Origin: Gammaproteobacteria bacterium
GTDB taxonomy: Bacteria; Pseudomonadota; Gammaproteobacteria; Arenicellales; Poriferihabitantaceae
Reading direction: 5' to 3'
DNA: 64,000 nucleotides
NCBI GenBank assembly: GCA_024644945.1
Contig: JAHEGU010000007.1
Span: 35,650-99,649, forward strand
In this document: one piece after another, positions 27,789 to 38,517 of the stretch
Numbering within the stretch: the stretch's first letter is position 1
Layout: the number at the start of each line of letters is the position of its first letter
Position numbers and translations under genes: made by a program
The notes under the pieces: model-generated
What the model was told of the DNA's origin: nothing
Seen by the model: only the letters and a program-made list of their open reading frames with translations
The model's database searches: none

Positions 27789-30530
27789 CTAGCCGGTGTT
27801 CCGCATACCGGCTGCGATACCGTTGATCGCCACTAGCAGGGCGTCCAGCGCCTGCTCATCGTCACTTTTCCTTACTCTGGATAGCAGTTCTACCTGTAAC
27901 AGGTTGAGTGGGTCGACATAAGTGTTGCGCACCTCCACCGAACGCCTCACTACCGGTTGGGTTTCCAAGGGAATACTATGGCCAGTAACCGCCAGGGTCA
28001 ATTCCATGGTCTGCTGATACATCCCTCTGAGCTCGTTCCCGAGTCCCTGAAGATGAGGAGGTACCAGCCTCGCGTCGTAGATCGCTGAGACGTTTGGGTC
28101 CGCTTTTGAGAACACCATTTCGATAGAGTCCATAGTGGCGCTGAAGAAAGGCCATTCGGCCTGCATCTGGTCAAGAATCGGTTTATCCCCCTGATCTATG
28201 GCATGCTTGAGGGCTGCGCCGACCCCTAACCATGCCGGCAACATCAGACGGGTCTGGGTCCAGGCGAATATCCATGGGATTGCCCGTAATGTCTCAATAC
28301 CACCCCCTGGTTTACGCCGAGCCGGGCGACTACCGATTTTAAGGTTACCGAGTTCTTGTTCGGGCGTGGCTGATCTAAAATACTCTAAAAAATCAGTATG
28401 ATGACGAATTATTCTATGAAACTCCATGAGAGATACAGATGCGAGTTCTGAAATTTGATCACGCCAAACTTGCTGTGGTCCACATGGCGGAGCCAGAGTC
28501 GCCTCCAGTACAGAACCGATGTACACCTCCAGGGTTTCCATGGCCATGCCAGGCAGGCCAAATTTTGCCTGGATTACCTCACCCTGTTCCGTAACCCGCA
28601 TAGACCCATTTACCGATCCTGGAGGTTGCGCCAATATGGCTTCGTAAGCGGGACCTCCGCCGCGCGCTACCGTCCCGCCACGGCCATGAAACAGGGTCAA
28701 GAAAATATCGTGTTTTTTAAATACCTCAACCAGCTTTTCCTGGGCTTGATAAAGTCCCCAGGAGGCCGCGAGTTTGCCTGCATCTTTGGCCGAATCGGAA
28801 TAGCCGATCATGACTTCTTGCGCACCGTTGATGTAATTTTTGTAAAAAGGGATTGAGAACAACTTATCCATGCAGTCAGCCGCAGAGTTGAGATCGTCAA
28901 GCCGTTCAAATAATGGTGCGATCCCCATCGGGCGTTGAATCCGACATTCTTTCTGCAGTAGAGCCACCTCCAGCACGTCTGATGGATTCGACGCCATTGA
29001 AATGACGTAGGTGCCAAGGGATTCGGGATTTTCCGCTGCCAGGGTCCGGAACGTTTGCAGAACTTCCCGTACTTCGTCTGAAGCCTGATCTGGTCCGGGA
29101 AAACTGGAAGCAATCAATGGCCGTTTACTTTTCAGTTCCTTGATCAGGAAGTCTTGTTTTTTTTCTTCACTCCAATCAAGGTAGCTACCGATATCGAGGT
29201 GGCGAGTGATTGTATCTATCGCGTCCGCGTGACGGGAAGCTTCCTGTCTAATATCCAGCTTCAGCAGAACAAGTCCGAACACGTCGAGCCGCCTAAGGAT
29301 GTCGGTCAATCGGCCATCTGCAATCATCTTGTTACCCGTTTCCACAAGGGATCGATAGCAAAGCATCAGTGGCTCACGCAGCTGGTCGGTAAAGAGGTAA
29401 ATATCGCGTTCGGCTGCAGGCCGGCCTCGGGATTTTGTAGAACCGAGATTTTCCAAAAGTTGGTTGTAGTAGCGAACAGTGTTACGCAGTGTTTTGCGGA
29501 CAGACTGAAGCAATGCGCGGTAGGGCTCTCGGCGTTGTCCGACCAGCTGCATTAACTCTTCACTACAGGTTCGCATTGAGAGGTCCCGTCGCAGGTCGTC
29601 GATTTCGTCATGAAACAGCTGTGCTGCACGAACTCTCGACAGTAGACAGACTTGCTGCGTGATTGCAGGGGTGGCGTTGGGGTTGCCGTCCCTGTCTCCG
29701 CCCATCCATGAACCGAACCGAATTGGGGCCGAGTTAAGGGACAGGTGTTTTCCCGTGTAGTCAAATAGTGCCAGATCCAGCTTGCGTAATACGTCAGGTA
29801 CCACATCCCAAAGGGTCTGCTCTACTGCAATTAAGCCGTTCTTGGCCTCGTCAACTGGAGTCAATCGCCTGCGGCGGATTTCATCCGTTTCCCAGACTTC
29901 TGAAATTGCCCGATGCAGTGCTAACTCAATTTGTTCACGTTCCAGTCGTGATAGATCAGCGCGATCGTGTTGCGCCAATAGATGATTAATACGTAAGAAT
30001 TTGGACGATACACTTCTGCGCACGATTTCCGTCGGGTGCGCGGTCAACACCAGCTCGATTGAGAGCTGGCTGACATGCTGATGCAACACCTCAGGGGCAA
30101 TCCCGGACTCGATCAATTTGCCAAACTGGGCTTCCAGAAAGCTGCAGTTTTTGGTTTCGCGGTTTCCGTCACCGGCTGGAGCCGCTGCGATCTGGCGCCT
30201 GCGGCGAATCTGATGATGCTGCTCGGCTATATTTGCTAAATTCAGAAATAAGGCAAATGCGCGGGCCAATATGACCACCTGATCACTATCGAGCTCGGCC
30301 AGACGATCTACAAGTCGACTGGTATTTTCAATATTCCCACTGCGCGCGTCTTTCGCCAGCTGGCGGATTTCCTCCACCAGTTGATACAGTGCTTTACCGT
30401 GCTGCTGCTTGATCGTTTTACCTAATAGAGAGCCTAGAAGCCTGACGTCATTGCGAAGAGGCTGGTCTTCCTCCTGCAATGAATAAAACTGGCTTAGCCG
30501 CTGGGCCTGGTTGGAACCGGTCATGTTCAT
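27789..30530 (-). CDS. ppc: Phosphoenolpyruvate carboxylase
   Basis: LTAHPTE, WMGGDRDGNP, MIGYSDSAKD, FHGRGG, LRAIPW, C-terminal RNTG. Confidence 0.96.
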   Translation of the reverse strand: MNMTGSNQAQRLSQFYSLQEEDQPLRNDVRLLGSLLGKTIKQQHGKALYQLVEEIRQLAKDARSGNIENTSRLVDRLAELDSDQVVILARAFALFLNLANIAEQHHQIRRRRQIAAAPAGDGNRETKNCSFLEAQFGKLIESGIAPEVLHQHVSQLSIELVLTAHPTEIVRRSVSSKFLRINHLLAQHDRADLSRLEREQIELALHRAISEVWETDEIRRRRLTPVDEAKNGLIAVEQTLWDVVPDVLRKLDLALFDYTGKHLSLNSAPIRFGSWMGGDRDGNPNATPAITQQVCLLSRVRAAQLFHDEIDDLRRDLSMRTCSEELMQLVGQRREPYRALLQSVRKTLRNTVRYYNQLLENLGSTKSRGRPAAERDIYLFTDQLREPLMLCYRSLVETGNKMIADGRLTDILRRLDVFGLVLLKLDIRQEASRHADAIDTITRHLDIGSYLDWSEEKKQDFLIKELKSKRPLIASSFPGPDQASDEVREVLQTFRTLAAENPESLGTYVISMASNPSDVLEVALLQKECRIQRPMGIAPLFERLDDLNSAADCMDKLFSIPFYKNYINGAQEVMIGYSDSAKDAGKLAASWGLYQAQEKLVEVFKKHDIFLTLFHGRGGTVARGGGPAYEAILAQPPGSVNGSMRVTEQGEVIQAKFGLPGMAMETLEVYIGSVLEATLAPPCGPQQVWRDQISELASVSLMEFHRIIRHHTDFLEYFRSATPEQELGNLKIGSRPARRKPGGGIETLRAIPWIFAWTQTRLMLPAWLGVGAALKHAIDQGDKPILDQMQAEWPFFSATMDSIEMVFSKADPNVSAIYDARLVPPHLQGLGNELRGMYQQTMELTLAVTGHSIPLETQPVVRRSVEVRNTYVDPLNLLQVELLSRVRKSDDEQALDALLVAINGIAAGMRNTG

Positions 30531-30732
30531 CTCGATCTATTGAGCTCAGTATTCTAACCCAGCAGGATCAAGGGTGATCTTTCCCCTGCAGGGGCACAAA
30601 GGGTACAATCCGGATCGCGATTCGGTTAGGAAATGAGGACTAACAGGGTTTGCCAAAAATCTCTTCAGCCGATCGCCAGCCTCACTATAGTTTCATACTC
30701 AATCTTCTTGCTAATTTAAATACCTGCAGTTA

Positions 30733-32544
30733 ATGCCCAGGATTGAACAATCCAGAATCCGCAATTTTGCGATTATTGCCCATGTAGATCATGGCAAATC
30801 CACTTTGGCCGATCGGTTTATTCAGCTTTGCGGTGGGCTCGATGCAAGAGAAATGAAGGAGCAGGTGCTCGACTCTATGGAAATCGAGCGGGAGCGTGGT
30901 ATTACTATTAAGGCACAGAGTGTCACGCTGGACTACCAGGCAAAGGACGGAATCGAATACCAGTTAAATCTGATTGATACCCCGGGTCACGTCGATTTTT
31001 CTTACGAAGTATCACGCTCACTCAATGCCTGTGAAGGCGCACTGCTAGTCGTAGACGCTGCCCAGGGAGTCGAAGCGCAGACGGTCGCCAACTGTTATAC
31101 CGCGGTAGATCTCGGACTCACGGTGATACCGGTACTGAACAAGATTGACCTTCCTGCCGCGGAACCCGATAGAGTGCTCGAAGAAATTGAGGAAGTCATC
31201 GGGATTGACAGCACCGATGCCCTGGCGGTGAGCGCCAAAACAGGTCTCGGCGTAGAAGAGTTGCTGGAGCAGATTGTTGCTGCATTACCAGCGCCGTCGG
31301 GAGGGGTCGAAGCACCACTTAGAGCGCTGGTGCTCGACTCATGGTTTGATAATTATTTAGGCGTGGTGTCGCTGGTGAGAATTATGGATGGATTGCTAGG
31401 GGCTGCGCGTACCCGAATCCGCATGATGTCTACAGGACAGGACCACCAGGTAGAGCAGGTCGGAATATTCAAGCCTAAAGCCACCAAGGTGCAGGAGCTG
31501 AGTACCGGCATGGTTGGGTTTATGATCGCGGGACTTAAAGATATCAAGGCCGCCAGGGTGGGAGATACGGTAACACTTGCCTATACCCCTGCCTCGCAAG
31601 CACTGCCAGGATTTAAACAGGTCAAACCAACCGTATTTGCTGGCCTGTATCCCATCAACAATGCTGATTTCGAGGCCTTTCGAGTGGCTCTGGACAAATT
31701 AAGCCTGAACGATGCTGCGCTATCTTTTCAACCCGAATCATCTCAAGCGCTGGGTTTTGGTTTCCGCTGTGGTTTCCTCGGCATGCTGCACATGGAGATT
31801 GTGCAGGAGCGGCTTGAACGCGAATATAACCTGGAGCTGATCACAACCGCGCCAACGGTGGTGTATGAGATTCGACGCAAGGATGGCAAGGTGGTGTATA
31901 TCGATAATCCGGCTGACCTGCCTGACCCGTCAGCAATCGAGGAGATTAAGGAACCGTATATTCTGGCACGTATTCTGGTTCCCCATGAGCATGTCGGTGC
32001 GGTACTCACCCTATGCATCGAGAAGCGTGGTATTCAGAAAAATATTCACTATCACGGGCGTCAAGTGATGGTTGAGTTTGACCTGCCGCTGAACGAGGTG
32101 GTCATGGATTTTTATGACCAGCTCAAGTCTGATACCCGCGGATATGCGTCACTTGACTACGAATTTATTGAAAATCGACCGGCGGATATGGTCAAAGTAG
32201 ATGTTATGATTAATGGTGAGCGCGTTGACCCCCTGGCGGTGCTGGTGCACCGTGATCAAAGCCAATATAGAGCCCGGACACTGGTTAAGCGCATGCGAGG
32301 TTTGATTCCGAGGCAAATGTTTGATGTCGCGATTCAGGCTGCGATTGGCGCCAAAATTATCTCCAGGGAGACTGTAAAAGCGCTTCGAAAGAACGTTACG
32401 GCCAAGTGTTATGGGGGCGATATTACTCGCAAACGCAAGTTGCTCGAAAAACAAAAAGCGGGTAAAAAGCGCATGAAACAGATCGGTTCGGTGGAAATTC
32501 CTCAGGAAGCCTTTCTGTCAGTGCTCAAAGTGGATCGCGAATGA
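30733..32544 (+). CDS. lepA: Elongation factor 4
   Basis: [36 protein letters not shown]. Confidence 0.97.
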   Translation: MPRIEQSRIRNFAIIAHVDHGKSTLADRFIQLCGGLDAREMKEQVLDSMEIERERGITIKAQSVTLDYQAKDGIEYQLNLIDTPGHVDFSYEVSRSLNACEGALLVVDAAQGVEAQTVANCYTAVDLGLTVIPVLNKIDLPAAEPDRVLEEIEEVIGIDSTDALAVSAKTGLGVEELLEQIVAALPAPSGGVEAPLRALVLDSWFDNYLGVVSLVRIMDGLLGAARTRIRMMSTGQDHQVEQVGIFKPKATKVQELSTGMVGFMIAGLKDIKAARVGDTVTLAYTPASQALPGFKQVKPTVFAGLYPINNADFEAFRVALDKLSLNDAALSFQPESSQALGFGFRCGFLGMLHMEIVQERLEREYNLELITTAPTVVYEIRRKDGKVVYIDNPADLPDPSAIEEIKEPYILARILVPHEHVGAVLTLCIEKRGIQKNIHYHGRQVMVEFDLPLNEVVMDFYDQLKSDTRGYASLDYEFIENRPADMVKVDVMINGERVDPLAVLVHRDQSQYRARTLVKRMRGLIPRQMFDVAIQAAIGAKIISRETVKALRKNVTAKCYGGDITRKRKLLEKQKAGKKRMKQIGSVEIPQEAFLSVLKVDRE

Positions 32545-32576
32545 TCCGGGAACACGCATTAATTTAGGAATTTTTT

Positions 32577-33386
32577 GTGGATTTTTCTCTGATACTCTTT
32601 ATCTTTCTCGTGGTGACGGGGGTGATTTCCCTGGCCTATCGGTTGATGGTTGAAAACCGTGGATCGACTGTGATTGAGCAAGCGGCCATCGTGACAAAAG
32701 GAGATAGCACTGAGTCACATCAACCTATTCTGGTTGAATATGCTCGAGCGCTGTTCCCAGTTATTCTGATAGTATTTGTACTGCGATCATTTGTGGTTGA
32801 GCCGTTCCGAATCCCATCGGGGTCGATGCTGCCAAGTTTACATATTGGCGATTTTATTCTAGTGAATAAATTTAAATACGGTATCCGGTTGCCCATCGTT
32901 AACCAGAAAATTCTTGATTTAAGTGCGCCTGAACGTGGAGATGTGATGGTGTTTCGATTTCCCAATAATCCAAAGCTCAACTTCATCAAAAGAGTGGTTG
33001 GCTTGCCGGGGGATAAAATTGCTTATGTAGACAAGAAGCTGTATGTAAACGGAACGATGGTGAATGTGATCGAAGATGGCGAATATGCCTATCAGGAAAT
33101 CAGCAACCGCGGACATAGTGCGGACCAGTTTCTGGAGACCATAGACGCCTCGACGCACACCATTTTGATCGATGGTAGGATCCGAAAAATCGATATGGAG
33201 GTTGAGGTGCCCGAAGGGCATTACTTTGTAATGGGAGATAACCGCGACCATAGTAACGATAGCCGTTCCTGGCGATTCGTGCCAGAAGAAAATGTCGTGG
33301 GCAAGGCGTTTTTCATATGGTTCAGCTGGAAGAGCGCCACAGGTGGAGGGGTTGACTGGGGTAGAATAGGGAATAGTATTCTTTAA
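32577..33386 (+). CDS. lepB: Signal peptidase I
   Basis: IPSGSMLP, IKRVVG, GDNRDHSNDSR. Confidence 0.95.
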   Translation: MDFSLILFIFLVVTGVISLAYRLMVENRGSTVIEQAAIVTKGDSTESHQPILVEYARALFPVILIVFVLRSFVVEPFRIPSGSMLPSLHIGDFILVNKFKYGIRLPIVNQKILDLSAPERGDVMVFRFPNNPKLNFIKRVVGLPGDKIAYVDKKLYVNGTMVNVIEDGEYAYQEISNRGHSADQFLETIDASTHTILIDGRIRKIDMEVEVPEGHYFVMGDNRDHSNDSRSWRFVPEENVVGKAFFIWFSWKSATGGGVDWGRIGNSIL

Positions 33387-33455
33387 CCGGTCGGGATACG
33401 TGGGTGTTCTCGACCGGCTTAATGCTGACAAGAAATAAATCAGAGAGAAAGACTA

Positions 33456-33836
33456 ATGCGAAAACAACGAGGTTTATCAGTTTGGGGTTTTATCTGGGCT
33501 TCAATATTAGTTATCTGTATTTTAGTTCTTGGTATGAGATCGGTACCGCCATATTTAGCTAACCAAAAGATCAATAATGCTCTCAATCTGTTGGCGGAAG
33601 AAGGAGATGTTATGACAGCAACGAGAATTACACTTCTACGAAAAATGAAGCGCAGGCTCAACATCGACTATGCGGATACGTACGTTGATCTGGATAAGGC
33701 TTTTACCATTAAGAATGTAAAAGGCGGCCGTGAAATGTCGGTTAACTATGAAGTGTTAGTGCCTGTCGCATATAATGCATACCTATTGTTCGACTTCAAA
33801 AATGAGATTTTGGTAACAAAGAATCCTAATGAGTGA
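33456..33836 (+). CDS. DUF4845 domain-containing protein
   Basis: Pilin-like KQRGLS leader plus TM; usual position between lepB and rnc. Confidence 0.8.
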   Translation: MRKQRGLSVWGFIWASILVICILVLGMRSVPPYLANQKINNALNLLAEEGDVMTATRITLLRKMKRRLNIDYADTYVDLDKAFTIKNVKGGREMSVNYEVLVPVAYNAYLLFDFKNEILVTKNPNE

Positions 33837-34503
33837 TGTAGGACGATTTGAGACTCGCATAGACTATATATTTAATGATCAGGACCTGCTGCGCAGGTCT
33901 CTGACTCATCGTAGTTTCCGAAAAAAGAATAACGAACGGCTGGAGTTTCTGGGCGACAGTATTCTCGGCTTCGTTATCGCGGAATCTCTCTATCATCAGT
34001 TTCCCAGAGCACCCGAGGGCGATCTCACAAAGATGCGCGCCCGCCTTGTGCGGCAAAGTACGCTCGCTGAACTTGCACGCAAACTCGGTATCAAAGAATT
34101 TCTTATTCTTGGCGAAGGCGAGTTAAAAGGCGGTGGTGCTGAACGCGACTCTATTTTGTCGGACGCGATTGAAGCAGTGTTTGGGGCGGTTTACCTGGAT
34201 GGTGGATTCAGGAACGCTAAGACCATTGTGCTGAAGTTATTTTCGGAGAAGCTTATCGAGATCAACGCTGAAGATCTTAAGGACAATAAGACGAAACTGC
34301 AGGAGATGCTGCAAAAGTCCGAAAAACCGCTGCCGGTGTATGAGGTCATGAATAAATGCGGAGAGGCGCACGATCTTACATTCGAAGTGAAGTGTGAGAT
34401 CGAACACTCGGCCAGTCCATTTATTGCAGAGGGGAGAAGTCGCCGAATTGCCGAACAGAATGCGGCGGATCTGGCGATCAGAGCGTTGACTAAACCGACC
34501 TAG
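33829..34503 (+). CDS. rnc: Ribonuclease III
   Basis: NERLEFLGDS signature, SDAIEA, C-terminal dsRBD. Confidence 0.96.
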   Translation: MSDVGRFETRIDYIFNDQDLLRRSLTHRSFRKKNNERLEFLGDSILGFVIAESLYHQFPRAPEGDLTKMRARLVRQSTLAELARKLGIKEFLILGEGELKGGGAERDSILSDAIEAVFGAVYLDGGFRNAKTIVLKLFSEKLIEINAEDLKDNKTKLQEMLQKSEKPLPVYEVMNKCGEAHDLTFEVKCEIEHSASPFIAEGRSRRIAEQNAADLAIRALTKPT

Positions 34504-34611
34504 ACAACGGTCAATTGATCACGTCACTTTAACCGGTGTGTACGGTTTCAGTCATGCATATGGCTTTCTTATAGAAGTGCCCCATTTCAGGCACTTTAAT
34601 TATCACTGCTT

Positions 34612-35511
34612 ATGAATCAATCCCACCGGTTTGGTTTTATTACCTTTGCGGGACCGCCAAATGCAGGTAAATCTACGCTAATTAATCTCCTCGTAGGTCG
34701 GAAAATTTCGATCACGTCCCGGCGACCGCAGACAACGCGTCATCGTGTGTTGGGAATCAAAACTTTGCCCGATGCGCAGCTGGTATTTGTTGACACTCCA
34801 GGCCTTCATCACGACGAGAAGAAAAGCCTGAACCGGATGATCAACCGAACCGCGATTAACAGTCTGATTGACGTCGATCTGGTTGTATTCATGATTGACC
34901 ACAGAGGTTGGACGCCAGCGATCGTAAAATCTCTTCGACAGGTTATTTCTCGGGGTGTGCCGGTGATGCTGGCGATCAATAAAATCGATACGCTTAAGAA
35001 TAAATCCCGATTACTGCCTTTGATTCATGAAAGTACTAATTTGCATGATTTTGTCGAAATTGTCCCGATTTCTGCAAGAAAGATGGAAGATACCAGTGAC
35101 TTTCTCAATACACTGATTTCGCATTTGCCTGAAGGTCCCCCGGGATTTCCTGCCGAACAGCTAAGCGATCGCAGTGACCGATTTATCGCTTCAGAGTTAG
35201 TCCGAGAGCAAACCTTTCATTTGCTGGGTGAGGAGCTTCCCTATGAATCTGCGGTTGAAGTCACGCGTTTCGATCAATCCGATCCCGACTACTGGAAAAT
35301 TGATATGGTCATCTGGGTAGACAAGGAAAGTCAGAAATCTATAGTCATTGGAAAGCAAGGTGCGCGTTTGAAAATAATAGGAACTCGCGCCCGCAGCGCT
35401 ATGGAAAAGACGTTCGGTACGCGTATTTACTTGAACCTTTGGGTCAAGCATCGCAAAGGATGGGCTGACAACGCCAGTATTGTGAAGTCGCTTGGCTATG
35501 GTGAAGAATAA
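34612..35511 (+). CDS. era: GTPase Era
   Basis: GPPNAGKST, QTTR, DTPG, NKID, KH-domain IVIGKQG. Confidence 0.96.
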   Translation: MNQSHRFGFITFAGPPNAGKSTLINLLVGRKISITSRRPQTTRHRVLGIKTLPDAQLVFVDTPGLHHDEKKSLNRMINRTAINSLIDVDLVVFMIDHRGWTPAIVKSLRQVISRGVPVMLAINKIDTLKNKSRLLPLIHESTNLHDFVEIVPISARKMEDTSDFLNTLISHLPEGPPGFPAEQLSDRSDRFIASELVREQTFHLLGEELPYESAVEVTRFDQSDPDYWKIDMVIWVDKESQKSIVIGKQGARLKIIGTRARSAMEKTFGTRIYLNLWVKHRKGWADNASIVKSLGYGEE

Positions 35512-35539
35512 TTACATGCGAGTGAGCTAGGATAAAAGT

Positions 35540-36277
35540 ATGAAGAACCATCACGAACCAGGTTATGTTCTGCACACCCGTCCCTATACGGAAAGTAGTC
35601 TGTTGCTGGATGTCTTTTGTCGGCAATTTGGCAGATTCATGCTGCTTGCGAAAGGTGCGCGTCGTCAAAAATCCGGAATGCGTGGAGTGCTGATGCCCTT
35701 CAAACCGCTGCTGCTCAGTTGGGCTGGAAAAGGACAATTACCGATTCTGACGGCAGCGGAATCTCAGGGCCATTTGAGCGACATGCTAGGTAAACAATTA
35801 CATGCCGCGTACTATGCTAACGAGTTGATTCTCAAATTACTGCATCGATTCGATGCACATCAGGATTTGTATGATTCCTATGACCACACTGTGCGTACTT
35901 TGACTGAGGGAGAGGACGCAGGAACGTTACTGAGAGTGTTTGAGAAAAGTCTGCTGCAGGAAATCGGCTTTGGTCTTATTCTTGACCATGATGTTGAAAC
36001 CGGTGAAGGAATTAATGAAACCGCTAACTACCGCTATGTCCCGCAGTTCGGTCCGGTAGTGACCGAAGTGGCGAATGAAAACGGGATGCAGGTCAGCGGC
36101 CAGACATTAATTGCAATGCGAGAAGAGTGTTTCAAAACATCAGAATCGAGACAGCAGGCAAGAATTTTGACGCGCAATCTGATAACCCAGCAGCTCGGCG
36201 GACGAGAACTTCGCTGTCGAAAAGTGATGAACCAGATCCTTAGATATAGTGATAGGCGTGTGAATGGCCGGAGCTGA
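35540..36277 (+). CDS. recO: DNA repair protein RecO
   Basis: YVLHTRPYTESSL, YYANEL, FEKSLLQEIGFG; follows era. Confidence 0.94.
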   Translation: MKNHHEPGYVLHTRPYTESSLLLDVFCRQFGRFMLLAKGARRQKSGMRGVLMPFKPLLLSWAGKGQLPILTAAESQGHLSDMLGKQLHAAYYANELILKLLHRFDAHQDLYDSYDHTVRTLTEGEDAGTLLRVFEKSLLQEIGFGLILDHDVETGEGINETANYRYVPQFGPVVTEVANENGMQVSGQTLIAMREECFKTSESRQQARILTRNLITQQLGGRELRCRKVMNQILRYSDRRVNGRS

Positions 36278-36437
36278 CCGGACTGACTTAGTTATACTGA
36301 GTTAATTCAGAATCTAAAGCCGGTCATTCCGGTGAAATCCCGAAGCTCTTGAAAACTACGACGGTACTGATTTAAGCTGGGCGCAACGTTTCCTCCACAC
36401 TTTTCCGGCAGCATCAGGGCCGATTGAGAGTTTAGTT

Positions 36438-37220
36438 ATGATTGATACTCACGAAGAAGAATATAATCAAAACGTAACCGCCATGCTGGAACTCTTATGG
36501 GGCAAAGGTTTTATGGCCCCAGGCGGAGAAGGAAACGTTAAACGCATCTTAGAAGGGCTGGATCTAACGGAAAAAAGGGTGCTCGAAATTGGATCCGGTC
36601 TAGGTGGTGGCGCGTTATTGATGGCTAAACAATATGGTGCTCAAGTAATAGGACTTGAAGTCGAGGCGCCTCTTGTGGATCGTGCGCGAGAGTATGCTTC
36701 AGAAGCGAAATTAGATCATAGAGTAGAGTTTAGACTGGTAGATCCCGGTCCACTCGACATAGATAATGACAGCGTTGATGTCGTTTACAGTAGTGGAGTG
36801 TTTATCCATATCGCGGACAAACCATCTATGTTTCGTGATGTACTTCGTGTGTTGAAACCGGGTGGCTTATTAGCGGCGTACGATTGGCTGAAAGGGCCAG
36901 GAGAACTTAGCGAAGCCATGCACGAGTGGATGCGGCTAGAAGAACTTACCTTCTATCTGGATACTCTGGAAAACTATTCGCTAATGCTGCGGGATGCCGG
37001 TTTTAAAGAAGTGAAAACTACAGACGCTTCGAGCTGGTATACGACTGAAGCGCGGAGGGAGTATGAACAGATGAAAGGGCCTCTATACGATCCGATTACG
37101 GATTTGGTGGGAGAAGAAAAGCGCGATCACTTTCTCGAAGACTGGGCTGCAATGGTGGGAGTGCTCGAAGCTGGAGAGCTTCGGAGTGGATATTTCAGTG
37201 CGCGAAATCCGCTATCCTAA
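36438..37220 (+). CDS. Class I SAM-dependent methyltransferase (phosphoethanolamine N-methyltransferase-like)
   Basis: LELLWGKGFMAPGG, VLEIGSGLGG (motif I), FIHIADK, LKPGG. Confidence 0.8.
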   Translation: MIDTHEEEYNQNVTAMLELLWGKGFMAPGGEGNVKRILEGLDLTEKRVLEIGSGLGGGALLMAKQYGAQVIGLEVEAPLVDRAREYASEAKLDHRVEFRLVDPGPLDIDNDSVDVVYSSGVFIHIADKPSMFRDVLRVLKPGGLLAAYDWLKGPGELSEAMHEWMRLEELTFYLDTLENYSLMLRDAGFKEVKTTDASSWYTTEARREYEQMKGPLYDPITDLVGEEKRDHFLEDWAAMVGVLEAGELRSGYFSARNPLS

Positions 37221-37254
37221 TAAGCCGTAGGAACTGATCGGTCAGAGCAGATCG

Positions 37255-38106
37255 ATGAAGAACCAAGAAATTGTAACGATGCTGCGCGAAATCGCTGATC
37301 TACTGGAGCAGCAAAAGGCAAATCCGTTTCGGGTGAATGCTTATCGTCGCGCGGCAATGACTATTGAAGAAATGGATTGCCCGATTACTGAGGTAATTCA
37401 TCGAAATGGGTATACAGGTTTGACTGATTTGCCGGGAATCGGTGAAGGAATTGCCCGTTCAATCGTTGAATTCGCAGCGACCGGACACATGAGTCGTCTC
37501 GAAAGCCTGAGGGCAGGAAGCGACCCAATTGCCATATTTCAAAAAATTCCTGGCGTAGGTGTCAAGCTATCACATCGTATAGTGGAAATTCTTCACATTG
37601 ATACGTTGGAAGCGTTAGAGGTCGCTGCGCACAATGGTCGTCTAATAAAGGTACCAGGATTTAGTGAAAACAAAGTAAATATGGTTAATGCCTGGTTGGC
37701 ACAAGTGCTTGGCCGTGGTCGACAAATTGAAAAAGGCACCACCGGCGTAGTTGAACCACCGGTTAAGCTATTACTATATATAGATCGCCAGTATCGTGAT
37801 AAGTCAGGCCTCAAGGCGTTGCCGAAAATTGCGCCTAAAAGGTTCAATCCTAGTGGCAAGAAATGGCTTCCAATAATGCATAAATCCAAGGACGAATGGC
37901 ACTTCACCGCATTATTTTCCAACACGGCAAGAGCCCATCAATTAGGGCATACCCGGGACTGGGTAATTATTTACTTCTACGACAAAAAACATCATGAGGG
38001 ACAACACACGGTCGTTACCGAAACCAAGGGGCCACTGATTGGAAGAAGAGTGGTTCGTGGTCGTGAGGACGAGTGCATGGAACTCTATTTCGATCGAGTA
38101 GGGTAA
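37255..38106 (+). CDS. Helix-hairpin-helix protein: PolX N-terminal domains fused to an uncharacterised C-terminal domain
   Basis: NPFRVNAYRRAA, LPGIGEGIA, IPGVGVK, VPGFSE; no GSxRR or DxD palm motifs. Confidence 0.8.
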   Translation: MKNQEIVTMLREIADLLEQQKANPFRVNAYRRAAMTIEEMDCPITEVIHRNGYTGLTDLPGIGEGIARSIVEFAATGHMSRLESLRAGSDPIAIFQKIPGVGVKLSHRIVEILHIDTLEALEVAAHNGRLIKVPGFSENKVNMVNAWLAQVLGRGRQIEKGTTGVVEPPVKLLLYIDRQYRDKSGLKALPKIAPKRFNPSGKKWLPIMHKSKDEWHFTALFSNTARAHQLGHTRDWVIIYFYDKKHHEGQHTVVTETKGPLIGRRVVRGREDECMELYFDRVG

Positions 38107-38517
38107 CTACAATCACAGTTTGTAGTGGATACAAATTGTAGAAACCCAAATCCTTTCTTTCGATCTAGAGTATAAGGTCAGATCAGGCCGGACAAATGGA
38201 AGAGCGGAGGTTCGCCAAAATAAGACAAACGGCTCAAAATTCTCCGAAGCTGCCATTAGGGCTATTTGGTTGAACTTGTGCGATCGGCTAAATTTAAGGA
38301 AATCCTCGAACTTAAGCTGGACATAGCCCGGCGACGAACGGTCTGGGGCGGCCAGGGCATCTAATAATTCGGTGTAATAGGTTTTGACGAGCTGGCACAG
38401 CAGTGTCTGTCCGGGCCGTGTGGTGGAAGGCAGGCTGCTACTTTGGCAGGCTGGGTGTTAGCGGTAGATTGAGAAGGCGGCGGGTGTCTCGGGTAGAGTG
38501 GGTGCTTATTCAGAGCT

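Noticed and set aside
30583-30594. CCCCTGCAGGGG palindrome between ppc and lepA
   Set aside because: A 12-bp palindrome is expected by chance in 64 kb and matches no operator I recognise
38371-38392. GGTGTAATAGGTTTTGACG resembles a tmRNA 5' end
   Set aside because: No GGGG acceptor stem, tag ORF or tRNA-like 3' end
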